Of a stretch of 64,000 nucleotides of DNA, positions 29,601 to 45,209 are shown piece by piece (position 1 is the first letter of the stretch; each line of letters begins with the position of its first letter). The position numbers were made by a program, and so were the translations under genes. The notes under the pieces were generated by a model. It ran no database searches and was not told the origin of the DNA. It worked only from the letters and a program-made list of their open reading frames with translations. This DNA is from Eledone cirrhosa (Eukaryota), in the NCBI GenBank assembly GCA_964016885.1, contig OZ024743.1:54560001-54624000 (forward strand), read 5' to 3'.

Positions 29601-32600
29601 ACCACCACCCTACACCATACCACACCATCACATCACCACATCACCACACCACCACACATCCACCCCCCCACCCCCACCCTACACTATACCACACCATCAC
29701 ACCACCACCCCATCACCCAACACTATACCACACCATCACATCACCACTACACCACACTACCACCCCACCACCCCCACCCTACACTATACCACACCATCAC
29801 ATCACCACTACACCACCCCACCACCCCACCTAAACCACCACGCTACACTATACCACACCATCACATCACCACTACACCCCACCACCACACCTCCACCCCA
29901 CACCCCACCATCCCACCACCCTACACTATACCACACCATCACATTACTACACTACACAACCACCCCACCAAACCACCACCCTACACTATACCACACCATC
30001 ACATCACCACTACACCACACCACCACCCCACCACCCCACCACCATATACTATACCACGCCATCACATCACCACTACACCACACCACCACCCCACTTAAAC
30101 CACCACCCTACACTATACCACACCATTACATCACCACTACATCATACCACCACACCACCACACCAACACCCTACACTATACCACACCACCACACCACCAC
30201 ACCACCACCCCACCACCCTACACTATACCACACCATCACATCACCATTACACCACGCCACCACACCACCACACCACCACCCCACCACTCTACACTATACC
30301 ACACCATCACATCACCACTACACCACCCCACCACCCCACCAAACTACCACCCTACACTATACCACACCGTCACATCACCACTACACCACACCACCACCCC
30401 ACCACACCACCACCCTACACTATACCACACCATCACATCACCACTACATCATACCACCACACTACCACATCACCACCCTACACTATACCACACCACCACA
30501 CCTCCACACCACCACCCTACCACTCTAAACTATACCACACCATCACATCACCACACCACCACCCCACCACCCCACCACCCCACACCCTACACTATACCAC
30601 ACCATCACATCACCACACCACCACACCACCACACCACCACCCCACCACCCTACACTATAACGCCCCACCCTACACTATACCACACCATCACATCACCACC
30701 CCACCACCCCACCACCCCACCATCCCACCACCCTACACTATACCACACCATCACACCACCACCCCATCACCCAACACTATACCACACCATCACATCACCA
30801 CTACATCATACCACCACACGACCACCCACCACCCTACACTATACCACACCATCACATCACTATTACACCACACCACCACACCACCTAACCACCACCCTAC
30901 ACTATACCACACCATCACATCACTACTACACCACACCACCACACCACCTAACCACCACCCTACACTATACCACACCATCACATCACCACTACACCACCCC
31001 ACCACCCCACCTAAACCGCCAGCCTACATTATACCCCCCCCACCATACACTATTCCACATCACCACCCCACCACCCCATCACCCTACACTATACCACACC
31101 ATCACATCACCACTACATCATACCACCACACTACCACACCATCAGCCTACAATATACCACACATCCATCCCCCCCCCCACCCTACACTATACCACCCCAC
31201 CACCCCACCACCCCACCACCCTACACTATACCACACCATCACATCACCACACCACCACACCACCACACTACCACACTACCACACCACCACCCTACACCAT
31301 ACCACACCATCACATCACCACTACACCACACCACACCACCATCCCACCAAACCACCACCCTACACCATACCACACCATCACATCACCACACCACCACACC
31401 ACCACACATCCCCACCCCCACCCCCACCCTACACTATACCACACCATCACACCACCACCCCATCACCCAACACTATACCACACCATCACATCACCACTAC
31501 ACCACACTACCACCCCACCACCCCCACCCTACACTATACCACACCACCACACCACCACCCCACCACCCTACACTATACCACACCACCACCCCACCACCCT
31601 ACACTATACCACACCATCACATCACCACTACACCACACCACCACCCCACCAAACTACCACCCTACACTATACCACACCGTCACATCACCACCCCACCACC
31701 CTACACTATACCACACCATCACATCACCACTACACCACACCACCACACCACCACCCCACCACCCTACACTATACCACACCATCACATCACCACTACACCA
31801 CACCACCACACCACCACCCCACCACCCTACACTATACCACACCATCACATCACCACTACACCACACCACCACACCACCACCCCACCACCCTACACTATAC
31901 CACACCATCACATCACCACTACATCATACCACCACGCCACCACCCCACCACCCTACACTATACCACCCCATCAAATCACTACTACACCACCCCACCACCC
32001 CACCACCATACACTATACCACACCATCACATCACCACTACACCACACCACCACACCACCACCCTACACTATACCACACCATCACATCACTACTACACCAC
32101 CCCACCACCCCACCACCCTACACTATACCACACCATCACATCACCACTACACCACACCACCACACCACCACCCTACACTATACCACACCATCACATCACT
32201 ACTACACCACCCCACCACCCCACCACCCTACACTATACCACATCATCACATCACCACTACACCACACCACCACACCACCACCCCACCACCCTACACTATA
32301 CCACACCATCACATCACCACCACGCCACCCCACCACCCCACCACCCTACACTATACCACACCATCACATCACCACTACCCCCCCCCCCCCACCCCACCCC
32401 ACCCCCCACCCCCCACCACCCTACACTATACCACACCATCACACCACCACACCACCACCCCACCACCCTACACTATACCACACCATCACATCACCACTAC
32501 ATCACACCACCACACCACCACCCCACCACCCTACACTATACCACACCATCACATCACCACTACATCACACCACCACACCACCACCCCACCACCCTACACT

Positions 32601-32850
32601 ATACCACACCATCACATCACCACTACACCACACCACCACACCACCACCCCACCACCCTACACTATACCACACCATCACATCACCACCCCACCACCCTACA
32701 CTATACCACACCATCACATCACCACTACATCACACCACCACACCACCACCCCACCACCCTACACTATACCACACCATCACATCACCACTACACCACACCA
32801 CCACCCCACCACCCCACCACCCTACACTATACCACACCATCACATCACCA
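26660..32850. repeat. Satellite domain 2: ~40-65-bp unit with core CCCTACACTATACCACACCATCACATCACCAC, arranged in higher-order repeats
   Basis: Core repeated dozens of times; rare variant CTATAACGCCCCACCC recurs at ~27045, 28780 and 30655. Confidence 0.92.
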
Positions 32851-33650
32851 CCACGCCAACACTGCATCACACCACGTCTATATCATACCACCACACCACT
32901 ACAACACCACACCATCACAACACCATATCACAACACCACCACATGACCACACGACCACACCACCACATCACACTACCACCACGCCAACACTACATCATAC
33001 CACGTCGATATCATACAGCTACAACATGACACCACCACACCACCATACACCACACCACACCACATCACCACTACTACAGCACACCACCACATCACACTAC
33101 CACCACGCCAACACTACATCACACCACGTCTATATCATACAGCTACAACATGACACCACCACACCACCATACACCACACCACACCACATCACCACTACTA
33201 CAGCACACCACCACATCACACTACCACCACGCCAACACTACATCACACCACGTCGATATCATACAGCTACAACATGACACCACCACACCACCATACACCA
33301 CACCACACCACATCACCACTACTACAGCACACCATCACATCACACTACCACCACGCCAACACTACATCACACCACGTCTATATCATACAGCTACAACATG
33401 ACACCACCACACCACCATACACCACACCACATCACCACTACTACAGCACACCACCACATCACACTACCACCACGCCAACACTACATCACACCACGTCTAT
33501 ATCATACAGCTACAACATGACACCACCACACCACCATACACCACACCACATCACCACTACTACAGCACACCATCACATCACACTACCACCACGCCAACAC
33601 TACATCACACCACGTCTATATCATACAGCTACAACATGACACCACCATAC
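32850..33650. repeat. Satellite domain 3: ~124-bp tandem unit
   Basis: CACGTC.ATATCATACAGCTACAACATGACACC recurs; ORF starts at 33026, 33150 and 33274 are 124 bp apart. Confidence 0.92.
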
Positions 33651-34781
33651 TACTTTATTGATATGAATAAGTCATTTACATATTTACTCGTCAGCAGAAA
33701 CTGTGATATGCAGCTTTTAAAGAAAGCACGGTAGGAAGTGATCAGTTAAGTTAATTGTCTGGGAACATCTACACACTATTCGGATCAAACGGATTTTATC
33801 CATGGATGCCAACTGCTGGAAAATGAGGCAAAAGAAAACATTAGGAATTGGCAATGAACAGCAATGACGAGTTTCTCGATATTTTACTAATGGCTTCATA
33901 AATAGCCTTGTGTAAAAGAGTTCAACCATTGCAAAATACAGTAGAAATGGGGTGGAGAGAATGTAAGTAGGTTTCCCTACTTTAAGCTGATGTTTAATGC
34001 CAGTTTATGAATAACTAGATATAAACTACCAGATAATTACATCACCATCAGAACCATCTGTATATGTTTCAGACTCCCTGTGGAGTTATAGACCTTTACA
34101 AACTTCCTTAACGAGTTTCTTGTAGTTTTATAGATTATCTTACAGTTTTTCTGCTGAACCACAATATCTCCAGTGGCAAACGCAATGCAATGCTATGATG
34201 AACATCTACATTAGAATATTCTGGACTTTCTTTCTTTGTAGAAATACATGTTTTATGAATAACTCTAAGAGTAAGAGCCTTAAAATATTCAGTTTCGGCT
34301 CTGTACATTAGGAGTTTAAGTCTCGGCGGAGATGACTTTGCTTTTCATCCGTTCGGGATCTCGAATAAATTAGGTATTAGGTAGGTACTGGGGGCTGATT
34401 ATGATGACTGTGTCCTTCCATAACGAATTAATGGCCTGCTGTCAATGTGAGCAATCAATGTACAAGTAACTTTACTATATAGATGTTATCATATATCATC
34501 AATCAGTTTATCAGTAGCTAATATGTATAGCCTTGTAATAACCAGTTTTCTCATTCATACTGTACAATATAAAAACAGAAAGTATTAAATACTAACCGAG
34601 TAAATATTAGTTGACTTTATACATGAATGTATTAGAGTTTGTGCAGTGTATTGTGAACTAATCTAAATTATATGATTCTAACTAAAGCGATTTACATGAC
34701 ACAGAACATAGATAGTACTAGAATTTGGTGGAACTCTGTCTCAGGTCTCCTACATGAAATTTCGAAAAATTGACAACCATG

Positions 34782-34878
<97 letters not shown>

Positions 34879-35788
34879 GTGTGTGTGTGTGCGCGTGCGC
34901 GTGAGTGTGTGTGTGTTTATTCATGAGATATCGGACGTGAAAATAAGTACTCAATACACAAGTAGCCTACCACTTGCTAACGTTTGCATATCATATGATT
35001 GCTTATAGCTGGACAGCTATTAGACAGAACAGTTTCAGAGGTAAAAAAATCTTCATATATATGTGTGTGAGTGTATATGTACTATTATATTATATTATAT
35101 TATATATTATAAATAAAGTACCAGTAACGCACTGGATAATTGCTGGCCTTGTGCCTAAAGTAGAAACAATTATATTATATCATTTATTTATGTTCATACA
35201 CAAACAAAAGCGCTACCTAATGTTTCAAGGCCCTATATCGAACATATCTCCAGATTCTAAGAAGGAGGAGGGATCAAATTTGTGACCTATTCTTAGGTAT
35301 TCGAATAAGCTTAACACCACCACCTGGCCATTTAGTGGACTCCACTCTGTTGCAAGCGTTTATGAGACAGATCTTCGACTTAAAAATATCTTCCCTTTTC
35401 CATCCTTCCTACTAGTTTTGAGCGCCCTGAAAAAGATAATGGGTAGTGTCGTTTCCTATTGATTTAGTGATAAAAACAAAACACCGGCAGTGGACGTGTT
35501 GGTGGTGGTGAGGTTGATAAAGCGAGAAGTGATGGATGGATTTAGGTTCGTTACATGTAAGAGATATGTGTAATGTTGTAATGCAGAAGTTGTGAGATGA
35601 CTGTGATGTGAACGATGAAGTTTCGATATCATTTACAGTGAGTGAAATGTTAATTTGTCTCACCTTGTAGATAGAGCCTATCATTGATTAGCGGGCTGAA
35701 TGACAAGAGACAGTCATGAAGAATGGGGAATGGGAAGAGGAGATAGTAGAGAGGGAGGTGAGAAACAAATGAGGACAGCTGACGTAGG

Positions 35789-35860
<72 letters not shown>

Positions 35861-36674
35861 GAAGAAGAAGAAGAAGAAGAAGAAGAAGAAGAAGAAGAAG
35901 AAAGTATGTAGGGTAGGGGAAAAGATGGAGCATGCTATTTGAGGAATAGCAAGGTAGCAGATTTGCAGGAGTATGTATGTAGCAATTAACTATACGCTTG
36001 GGAGTTTTAAGATGAATGATAGGATTAAATTGTGAGTGAGAGAGAGAGGGTGCTCAGCCACTTGCAGGTTAATTTGCCGAGCAGGCTATTATGTTGTCGA
36101 AACAAGCAGAAACACTCATCGCCGTAACAGACTGAAGTTCAACATACAACGTGTTCTCGCTCCGATTCTGTTACCGTTTTTACAACACCAACGAGAGGTG
36201 AGTTAATTTCTGGATATGAGGCGACATTGTTGCCCACTAATGGAGTAAGCATGGAACCTGAGTTAAGAAAGCTCTACCGATGTGGGGATCGGTAACGAGA
36301 AACTCCGGCTAGTGACTAACCCCAACTAAGCTTTAAATAAATATTATTCAACACTACTTAAGGGTATAGAATATGTTTTAACTGCATTGCAATTTACACC
36401 CAAGTAAACCCATAATCCCTTATACAAACATACAAACACACACACACATATACATAGCCATACACATAAACACACATGTGCAGTTTGTGTGTGTGTGTGC
36501 GTGCGTGGATAGAAAAGTATAGGATAGATAGGTACATAAATAGATATAGAGGAGATAGATAGATAGGGTGATAGATATTTATATATATATATATATATAT
36601 ATGTATACACACACGCATATATATATATATATATATATATAGATAGATAGATAAATAGATAGATAGATAGATAT

Positions 36675-38130
36675 ATTTCTTTATTTACCATAAAGGCATA
36701 AAAAGAAGGGACAAATACAAAGGGGGAGTTTACATACGATCGAGTAAAAAGGGTATAACATGAAAATAATCGAAAATAACCTCAAAAGGGAGGGGACGTG
36801 ATGGGGGTTGCACACACCCCCGAAAAAGTGTGCAATCCTTTGCCCGGGGAGCACATGGAGAAGGTGCTCCCCTCTCCCTTACTTCTTTACCTACAGGATG
36901 GTATACAGAGAAGGCCCATTTACACGAGCCATTCTCGCCACTATCACCCACCTCTCATAAAACTGCCTGTGGCCAAGCACCTCTCTCTCCATTCTTATCC
37001 TTCTTCCGAAGTGATATCGGAAGAAGTAGACCAGACTATGGCCAGAGAGGAAGTTGCCTGACCTCAGACCTTTCAATCGTGTCCACCAAACAACCTCTTT
37101 CAACATGGCTATTACGCACAGAAAAACCGCCTTTGCTTCCTTTGTGAAGAGGGGAGGCGGTTTGATTGTCATCACGGACTCGGCGGTCAATTGAATCGGC
37201 GCCACCCGCGACAGCAGTCGTTCGGCGTAGCCCCACAGATCAGCCACGCCCGGACATTGCACCAATGCGTGCGCAACGGTTTCTTAGTGACGCACGCATC
37301 TAGGGCAAATCTTTTTTGAGGGATCCCTGCCCGGGCGCCCGTGTCTGTAGAGCCTCTCTCGAACGGGTAGAGCCCCTCAGTAGCACTGCCAGGCCAGTGA
37401 CTTCTGGAAGTTGTCCATTGGTCCTGGGCCGAAAGTCCTACCGAACAGGCTGGCCAGTTCGTCTTCCTCCATGTCCAGCGACTCTCCAAGGGTGTCATCG
37501 CCCCTGCTAGACACCAGCCCTCTATAGAATGATGAGGTGGATTCTCCACCGATGGCCTGGTCCGCTTGCCAGAGAGCCCTGAGCGCCTGAGCACACTCAG
37601 TGTGCCAGTCTCCCAGTTTTCCGGATCTTTGCTTGACCCAGGACTGTAGCTCGGTGAGCGAGACGAGTCTCGGAAAGGCTCGTTTCACGAACGGAGCCCA
37701 CACCGGTTGACCAGTGAGGAATACCTGTAGGTGCCGTAGCCTTAATGCGTGCCTACGCATCATCAACCACAGCATCCCCAGCCCTCCTTTCGAAGGTTGT
37801 TGGCAGCAGATGGATCTTCTCACCATAGGAGGGCGCTTCTTCCAAAGAAATTGGAAGAGCATGCGTTCCATGGTGGTGAGTGTTTCCTTAGGGCAAGGCA
37901 CGACAGTCAGGCGGTAGTAAGTGACGGACGCTATGTAAATGTTCGCCACCTCCGCCCGGCCTTTTAGGGACAGCTTACACTTGGCCCATTTCTGGGTTAG
38001 TGCAAACACCTTGTTCGTAACCTCGTTCCAGTTCTTTTCCACCTGGAGGTCCGGTCCAAACCAGACCCCAAGCAACTTTACCGGGCCCTCCGTCCAGTGT
38101 CCGACGACACCGTCGGGAGGCATCGGTCTG
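36675..38130 (-). mobile_element. 5'-truncated Tx1-clade LINE (copy A) inserted in (GATA)n
   Basis: Near-identical to 47653-49108; 3' end GGTAAATAAAGAAAT; GATA tracts on both sides (36640-36672 and 38135-38199). Confidence 0.92.
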
Positions 38131-38134
38131 TCTA

Positions 38135-38200
<66 letters not shown>

Positions 38201-38395
38201 TGAATATCGAGAGAGATATAATGATCAAGTCATATATTCACAGATTCAAATCATAGAAAGGAAAAAAATAATATATATGAAACTATAAATAAACCAAAAC
38301 ACTTGCACAAATGAGGATATTGTGCCATATTTGATGGATTTTGTTTTCTTTTTATCATTATTATTACTATTATTACTATTATTATTATTATTATT

Positions 38396-38452
38396 GTCCT
38401 GCACTGTCCTTAATGTCTACTTTATGTAAACCCTTGTGGTTAATAAAGAAAT
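38396..38452 (+). mobile_element. Short 3' tip of a Tx1-like LINE in a (TAT)n tract
   Basis: Ends CCCTTGTGGTTAATAAAGAAAT, resembling the 3' ends of the Tx1 copies (CCTTTATGGTAAATAAAGAAAT; CCCTTGTGGCAAATAAAAGAAAC); ATT repeats on both sides. Confidence 0.5.
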
Positions 38453-39950
38453 CATTATTGTTGTTGTTGCTGCTGCTGTTGTTGTTGTTATTCAAAATTG
38501 CGGAAAAAGCGTGGGTTTGGCAAGGTGTAATAGAAGCACCCCCTCCGACACACACAAAAATACGATAAGAAATAACGGGTTAACTTGATTAAGGGATAGC
38601 AGAAAGCAGGTGTTAGATTTCCTCAATGAAAGGGGTTGAGTTTTAAAAAAGCGATAAAATAGTCGGGAAATGGTGTGGGAATCTAATTAGATGTTTTTCG
38701 CAATTGAAGAGTGTTATATAACATGGCTGCTTGACTTAGTGAAGCAGATGAGCCGATGGCGCCAGTTAATCGGTGTATAATATTCACTATTGCACGCTTC
38801 ATGTCACCAGCGGTAGTCTACTGTTTACGTGCGGCCTGAACGTTTGTATATTAGGCGCCACTAACAGCTCTTTAATACGTGAATAAGACTACCTTGTTGT
38901 TGTTGCTATTTTTTTTTTTACTTTTTATTTTGTAATCCCTTCAGGCGATTGATCAGTTGAAATTCATTCCCGACAAATTCGTATTTTCTTTAAAAGGATA
39001 TATTCTTTATTTTTATATTCTTATATTCTTTTACTTTTTAAGTCATTTGACAGCGTTCATGTTGAGGAACCACTTTGTTTTAGTCGGTATTGTCCAGCTC
39101 TCTACGTACTTTGTCAAGTCTGGTAGTTACTTTATCAAACTCTTTTTATCGAACCGCCAAGTTACAAGATATAAGCACAGACAGACACAAATGTAAACAC
39201 AGACATGGCACACGATGGGTTTCTGCAGTTTCAGTTTATCAATTTCCACTCATATCACATTGTCCACATTATAGATAAAGTAGAAAATGTTCATCTTATG
39301 CAATTGAATTGAAGATGTGCCACTTTAGCCATTGAAAAACACACAAAACTTCACTTTACATGTATTTCCGACACAGTTTGGAACCTGGTCATTGATACAG
39401 TTACACAGCAACGGAAAGTGAATTTAACAATAGTGCGTCCTTTTGAATGGCTAAAATGCCTTTTACACGATGTAATTGTTTTAGTTTCAACACACGGTCT
39501 CAAATCAAGTCGCTTGCCAGACAAATACATCTATGAATAATATGACTCTTTCAGGTTGTAATTGTTTTTATTTCGACACGCGGTCACAAATCAAATAACT
39601 ATTCAGACAAATACAACTGAAGCTAAAATACCTCAACACACGGTATCAGATCAAGTCACTTGCCAGACAAGTATAAACTACAGGTATCCTCGTTGTGATA
39701 TATGCATGTCCAGTGCCTTCGGTCGGTTTTCTTGGTGTCACACTTTACAACTGATGTGTTTATTCTGGACCTAATGTTTTTGTTTTTTTACTTTCGCCCC
39801 ATTGAGTGCTTTGTGATTGCCTCAAACAAATCGAATAGAAATTGCTGTACGACAGCTAAAACTTTGGTTTATACCTAATATATATATATACCCACACACT
39901 CGCTCGCGCGCGCGCGCACACGCGCACACACGCGCACACACACACACACA

Positions 39951-40029
<79 letters not shown>

Positions 40030-41756
40030 TTAAAGCTAGATGTGGAATAGGTTTTTTAACTGTACGCAGATATCCCTCATCATTAACAAACTAAGGGTCT
40101 GACGAGCTTTTGATTACATAGTCGGGCTAGATCGATTCAGATCGAACCTTGAGCTGATTAATAGCGAAACGTGTGTCACACCTGAATAAACTTGATGTCG
40201 ATACTCTGACACCTCGTTCCTACTTATTATTAATGATATAGTTGTATATATATATGATATGTGTGTGTGTGTATGCATATTCACCTTTAAAGATACACCT
40301 TGTTTGTTAGTTTAATATACCACTTATGCCATTAAGAGAGTAGACTGTCATTGCACGTTATGGGGCGTCGGGATACACAAAAGACTGATTAAGTCGATCC
40401 TCGCCTGGAAGGAAGCTATACTCGTTGTTGATGATAGGAGAAAACGGAGAAAATTAACCTCTCTCCCTCTCTCTCCCTCTTTCTCTCTTTCTGTTTCACC
40501 TATGTCTCATTTTCTCTTCCACACTCCACTTATTTCTCTCTCCTCTCTTTCTCTCTCTTGCCCTGGCTGACTCACTTTGCTCCGCTAAATACACTATTTA
40601 TAATTATAAAAACCTATAAACATAGATATACACTATTCATCTCTCTTACTCCCACCTCCTTCCTTTCCCTCCCATTCTTGATTCTCCTCCCAATCACACA
40701 CCCAGATCACACAAAGGTTTTATTAGAGATATTTTTAATGTTGTTATCGCTATTATTATTTATGTACTGTTCATATTTTCATATATAAATATACAAATGT
40801 ATATATCCGGATCAACTGTGCTGTCGGTGAATCATAAATGAAGGGACTACACACCACACCACACTCTGTTGCATACGTTACCGCCATGCTTTGTTATGTC
40901 AGTCAGATCAATAGCGTTGATAAATTCTGATTGACTGATAGATAGAACAATATTTCTACAGTCAACATTGGTATTACCTACTGAAGCGTGGCAATGGTCG
41001 TGCAGAGAGCCGTGAATTCTGGCTGGCTTCACTCATTGTATGTATCCTCGCGAACAATTAAATCTATAAAACTGTCAAGTTCGAGTACTCACGCACTGTT
41101 TAAGATAACAGAAGCTTAGACTTTCAGCATTGGGTTGTTTGCTATTGTTCATTGATATTATTTGTTCCTCATGATGATGTTTTTCAACAGAAGTCAGAGA
41201 GCGCCCTTTCTCTCTCTCCGTCTTTTTTTTTATCAGTTTTATTTATTTATTTGTGTGTGTGTGTACGTGTGTGTATGTGTGCTTTTTATATTTCAGACAG
41301 AACCAACCATCAGCCGAGCAGAACGCTCTTTACGAGAACATGCGCATAAAAAATTAATTACACACTTTATAGTCAAGCTGATCAAGTTTAATGAAGTGAA
41401 CTCACTCTAATACAAGACCTGACAATTATACAAAAGCAAATGTTTATGAATGAAATGCACCTGTCCTTCTTAATTATGACGAACACTCCAGAAAATAAAT
41501 TTCAAACTATGAGTCAGAAGATGAAGCGTAATACATCAATTTCTTAACATCTGAGCCTGAAGAATGATAGATTAGGCTAGACGGACAGAGAGGAAGACAG
41601 AGTTTGTGTGTGTGAGATAGAGAGAGAGGGAGAGAGTGAGGGAATTAGACGGACAGATAGGAAAGTGTGTCCCTGTGTGTTTGAGATATATATATATATA
41701 TGCAGAAAGTGAGGAAGATAGACGGACAGAGAGGGAGGAAAGTGTGTCTGTGTGTG

Positions 41757-41835
<79 letters not shown>

Positions 41836-42051
41836 TGGAGAGAGTGAGGAAGTTAGACGGACAGAGAGGGAGGAAAGTGTGTGTGTGAGTGAGAGAGAGA
41901 GGGGGGGGGTATTGGGTGCTGGTATATAGAGAGGTATGATGAGACGAGAAATAATAGAATTAGATCTATAGAGGAAAAGTGACCGGCAAAATGTCAGAAA
42001 GTTTTAGCAGATTGGGTGTAAGAAAGCTAGACATACATACAATCATGCATA

Positions 42052-42119
<68 letters not shown>

Positions 42120-42229
42120 GATATACCCATACTCTACATTCCCAAGTATCGAGTAATCTGTGGAGCAATGGTCTAACTAATTTAAAACTGGTCCTATTCT
42201 TATATGTATATCTAGAAGCCTTTCTATAT

Positions 42230-42275
<46 letters not shown>

Positions 42276-42405
42276 TTAAAATAGAAAACAAAAACAATAA
42301 CAAAGAGTGCAGTACAAAGTGTTAGTATTAGGTTCACGCTTGAGAGTGGGGGTGGGGGACGAGATTTCGGACATACATACATACATACATACATACGTAT
42401 ACATG

Positions 42406-42461
<56 letters not shown>

Positions 42462-43249
42462 GGGTGAAATCTCCCTTTATTATCTCAGTCACAATTCCTT
42501 TCTCTCATTATCCATTACTGGAACAAAATCGACTGTGTTCAGACTGCGAGGGGACGTGGGATCCGCCAGGTTTTAAACTGTCCAAGAAACACCAAAAGTT
42601 AATAAGGGGCCCTTAAGAAACTATCAGAGTTTATTTATCGACCTTTTAAGAATGGAAGGCAAAGTTGACCATGACAGGATTTGGACAGATCTGAAACGAA
42701 TCCATTAAAGTATTTCATCTGTCGTTCTAACGATTTTGTCAGTTCGTCGCCCTACACACACATCTACTATATTAAAGTTGATGTATATTTCGTATAAACG
42801 TCGATCACGCTAGAAAGGGGTATGGTTAATGTGTGTGTTTGTGCGTGTGCGCGTGTGTTAGTGAACGACAGAGGGAGAGAATTTTACGAAAATTATAGTT
42901 TATGCTCAAATGAATAAAATGTTGGCGGTTACAACCCTTCTTCTTCTTCTTCTTCTTCTTCTTCTTCTTCTTCTTCTTCTTCTTCTTCTTCTTCTTCTTC
43001 TTCTTCTTCTTCTTCTTCTTCTTCTTCCATAACCATAGGCGAGAATTGGCACGAATTACAGATAAGAGTTTGCCTTTACAGCTCCCTCCATTCTTCAGAT
43101 TATCGAATACTGCAGCTAGTGCACCACTACACCAGCTCGTGCAATTCTTGCACATAATTCAGCTTCTTGCCTTCCTTCATTCGTGAACAACGTCCAGAGA
43201 TACTGCTTCTTTGGAACAGAATTCACATGTAGAGTGCATTGCGCACACT

Positions 43250-43760
43250 TCCTTGCAAATTCTAACCAACTGTTCCTTCCAACCCAGCTACGCATGTCAA
43301 TCTTGTTCATGGAAATAATTAACAGGTGAGGTGACAGTATGCACCATTGGCACATTCCGACTCCCAGATTGAATGACTTCGATTTAGCAGCAGCATTTAT
43401 CCGAACACAAATATTCAGGCATTTGTATAGAGACATCAAGGCAACAAGAAGCTGACCATTGATCCCCGAACTGCTGCAGCACTTTCCATTGAAAGTCCCG
43501 GACAACGGAGTTATATGCCTGTTTGAGGTCTACAAAGTAAGGATACACCTGTTGGTAGTACTCACACGAATATTTGGTTGTGCTATGTTCGGGGCACAGT
43601 TCCTCAGCTGGCTTGGACTCGACAATCTCCCTACATCTCTTTGCCACACACTTAACATAGCCTTTACAGGGAGGCTTAACAAGTAGTCTGGCGTCTAGGG
43701 ATACGCAATCTTTGCACGTCCATCCCATGTCTCCCAAGACAGGTCGTAGGCCCATCACCA
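43250..43760 (-). pseudogene. Degraded RTE-like LINE reverse transcriptase fragment
   Basis: YFVDLKQAYNSV.R..WKVLQQFG / INGQLL.ALMSLY...VRIN...GVGMCQWCILSPHL matches RT domains 3-4 (DxxKAYD; GVxQGxxLSP); frameshifted. Confidence 0.75.
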
Positions 43761-44126
43761 GTTTTTACAGCATGAAATAGAGACTGCAATATATTTTTCG
43801 GCAGAGCTGTTGCGTTGGAGAACGCCATTCTGAAAAAGATCCAGCGTGATTGGATATGACTGGCCCTTTGAATTACAGATACAGTGCCTTAAGTTGCAGG
43901 TGGTTAAGTAATTCACAGGTGCAATTCTTAGGGTGATTCTTCGTGACACAGTGTGTACAGCAAAGATGGATCTTTGAATATAGATTCAGTCCGTCCCACG
44001 GTGTATCTTCCAAACAGTTTTCGTCGACCTAATTTCATTCTCAAAGCTGAGGGATCAAACCCGAGACCTAATGATTGGAAGCGAACTTCTTGTCCATTCG
44101 TCCATACTGGGCCCACATGAGCGATT

Positions 44127-44172
<46 letters not shown>

Positions 44173-44243
44173 AAAATTGAACAGAAACAAAACAGAGAGG
44201 CAGTACAAACAAAGGTTTATTAATTTCACGCTCTTGAGAGTGG

Positions 44244-44386
<143 letters not shown>

Positions 44387-45209
44387 GGCTAATGCTCAGG
44401 ACACCTTTTTGGCCTGCGAGACTAGAAGAGTGTAAGGAATGCATCCTCAAACAAAAGACATAATTCACAATGCTTGCAACAATGTGGACTCTGCTAAAGC
44501 TACCCAAGTTTCTTGGTGGTGAATATCTAACCCAGGCGACAGACTAAGTCTACAACCAACCCAAGTTTGAACTGATTATGATTTGAACTGAGAAATCAAA
44601 GAACTTGAAAAGGACCACCAGACACTTACTTAGTATACATGAGTTTTACTCGTAATTTAAAGAGCGAGCATTGTTACTCACTGTGTCACGATGAATCTCC
44701 CTGAGAATTAAGTTAAGTGTGCACTTAATATCTCAACCAGGCTATTCCGTTGATCGAGAAATTGGAATGCCCCTCGCTAGAAACGACGGAGGTCCAAGAC
44801 ACGCTACAATATTCAGTTATATATGTTGTAATATTTTTAGCACTATCACATCATTGACTGAATACCTTGTGTATGTGTTAGTTTATGTCACACTCCTGTC
44901 AACAACATTTATGAATTCCTCTCCACACTTTCCTACAGCATATGGCAAAAATAGAATTGTCTTCGTTTTTGTTTTTGATTTAATAACCGAATATGAAGAT
45001 TTTGCAAGAGAGAAGTGTCAAACTTCTCAACCGATCAAGATGTGCTGAACATTATAATAAGATATCATTGAACATTGTAATCTTAAATAAATGTCTAAAT
45101 TTACAATAACGGTATATACTCTACGTTTAAGAAAATAGTTCCCCTCTCATAATCGTTATTTCCGCTTACAGCATAGTACGAAAGACCATAGTTATATTTC
45201 TTTCATTTC

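Noticed and set aside
23373-33650. Telomeric or interstitial telomere array
   Set aside because: No TTAGGG/CCCTAA arrays; the resemblance to yeast C1-3A is only compositional.
39488-39676. CRISPR-like repeat-spacer array
   Set aside because: Eukaryotic context, only three degenerate repeats, unequal spacers and no cas genes.
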